From positions 35,526,001 to 35,590,000 of the forward strand of contig NW_026262745.1 of assembly GCF_021869535.1 (NCBI RefSeq): DNA of 64,000 nucleotides, in the 5' to 3' direction. The translations under genes and the position numbers were made by a program. Of the stretch, positions 63,001-64,000 are shown piece after piece. This DNA is from Mytilus californianus (taxonomy: Eukaryota). Position 1 is the first letter of the stretch. Each line of letters begins with the position of its first letter. Below the pieces are notes generated by a model, which worked only from the letters and a program-made list of their open reading frames with translations, was not told where the DNA came from and made no database searches.

Positions 63001-63100
63001 TTACTGTATACCAGATAGTATCTATATATATCTTACCTTTTAACAAGTAAACATTCGATGGAAATATTACAATCCAAAGAAAAATCCTATTTGAAATCAT
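54026..63100 (-). CDS. VR4: vWA (intact MIDAS) - short stalk - TM receptor with a YxxM tail, 306 aa
   Basis: Exons 63037-63100 (MISNRIFLWIVIFPSNVYLLK), 61510-62064 (vWA, DVVFVVDKSAS...ILTDG...DLCSLIPTVVPKI), 59316-59384 (DPTVTPQAVTGCPATQASTSTSP), 55612-55708 (TM, EDNTVVVAAVATVAAVAGLGLTALIASLLEKKL) and 54026-54161 (RGLFGKKNQVDPYDSMTRQ...EVPPPDV*). Phases 1,1,1,2. Confidence 0.88.
54430..54830 (+). mobile_element. Partial tandem of a hammerhead-bearing (retrozyme-like) repeat, period about 330 bp
   Basis: GAC(A/G)AA..GC followed by CCT..TATCTTTGATGAGTT occurs twice (about 54447 and 54777). The second copy has CTGACGA-GTC-TTGTGTT-GAC-GAAT (54760-54783), with GAAA mutated. Confidence 0.55.
57851..57892 (-). 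ncRNA. Partly degenerate minimal hammerhead ribozyme motif
   Basis: The minus strand reads GCGUUC-CUGAUGA-AGAAAAAUCAA-GAAA-UGCGCUUA-UGAUGC. Core nucleotides and stem I are present; stem II is poorly paired. Confidence 0.4.
59016..59096 (+). repeat. 27 bp unit x3 at the 3' terminus of an inverted retroelement remnant
   Basis: CAGATGATACCAGAAGGGATAAAATCA three times in tandem. Confidence 0.9.
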
Positions 63101-63499
63101 GTCATTTAAACTAATAATTCATATTTTTATCATAATTTTTTCATACTTTCCTTTACACAATGTAATCATATATCATAAAAGTTTTGTTTTGACGTTGATA
63201 CTAATAAAATACACAGAAGTGGAATTAGTGTTTCACATTGAACAGATTAACGGGATTACATCGGATTAAAGGTGCACAGAGTCATTGGTGCAATGTACAT
63301 TTAAATCTTCATTATAAACTTACCATACATTAATTTAAAACTAATATTATTAATCACTATATTGTAAATCTTGATGGATTTAAAGACGTGTTTTTGGCTG
63401 GGTGTATTTAATTGCAGGTGGAAAGCTCTTCGTCTGCAATATGCTAAGTCCAACGTCACTATATTCAGTATGCATGCAATTATTGTTTTTTTTTAAATA

Positions 63500-63890
63500 A
63501 TTTTGATCAATATATACACATATATGCTGTGCTGTTACACCACTGCCCCAGGTTAGGGGAGGGTGAGTCGCATGCAAACATGTTTAATCCCGCCACATTC
63601 TGTATGTGTCTGTCCCAAGTCAGGAGCCTGTAATTAAGTGGTTGTTGTTAGTTGCTGTATATCATATTTATTTTTCGTTCATTGTTTATTGTTTTGTTAT
63701 ATGCATAAATCAGATCGTTAGTTTTTTCGCTGATTTACATTTGTCATTTTGGGGACGTTTATAGCTGACTTGCGGTATGGGTTTTGCTGATTGTTGAAGG
63801 CCGTACTGTGACCTATAGTTGTTAACTTATATTTGGTCTCTGATGGAGAGTTGTCTCATTGGCAATCATACCACATCTTCTTATTATTTT
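63500..63890 (+). mobile_element. High-copy dispersed SINE-like repeat (representative copy)
   Basis: ACACCACTG.CCCAGG..AACATGTTTAA.CCCGCCACATTC..CCTGTCCCAAGTCAGGAGCCTG..TTGAAGGCCGTAC..TCTCATTGGCAATCATACCACATCTTCT. Further copies or fragments in either orientation lie near 5720, 6380, 11570, 16650, 20635, 49747, 51600, 51770, 55289, 55947, 60555 and 60990. Confidence 0.75.
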
Positions 63891-64000
63891 TATTGATACG
63901 TATTATATATTCAGACAGGGATATTTACATGCAAACACATAATTCTTCCTCATCATCTATTGGACTATAGAGTATAGTTTATTATTTTTTTTTATAATTT

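Overview
AT-rich, repeat-dense animal genomic DNA. The repeat content (Helentron-like elements with 166-190 bp internal arrays, Penelope-like RT remnants, hammerhead-ribozyme repeats) suggests a bivalve, probably Mytilus; this is an inference. I reconstructed six spliced genes by hand from GT-AG sites, exon phase and protein sense. (1) The last four exons of a Q/S/T/P/G-rich, probably nuclear, protein (844-4763, +). (2) A 10-Cys Ly6/uPAR three-finger, Quiver-like GPI-anchored protein (16025-19557, -). (3-6) Four type I membrane proteins with the layout signal peptide - single vWA domain - Cys-containing Ser/Thr-rich stalk - TM - short cytoplasmic tail (VR1 22096-29639 +, VR2 32669-39526 +, VR3 44530-52647 +, VR4 54026-63100 -). 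This cluster is the best candidate for an undescribed system, resembling a paired-receptor family. MIDAS integrity differs among the copies. The tails carry an ITIM-type motif (VR1), YxxM motifs (VR3, VR4) or no tyrosine (VR2, after a frameshift). VR2 is a chimera of a VR3-type 5' half and a VR1-type 3' half, as expected from an internal tandem duplication. Also present are four nested Helentron-like elements forming a long inverted repeat, an intact minimal hammerhead ribozyme in a VR1 intron, and many MITEs. All calls are by eye; no database searches were run.
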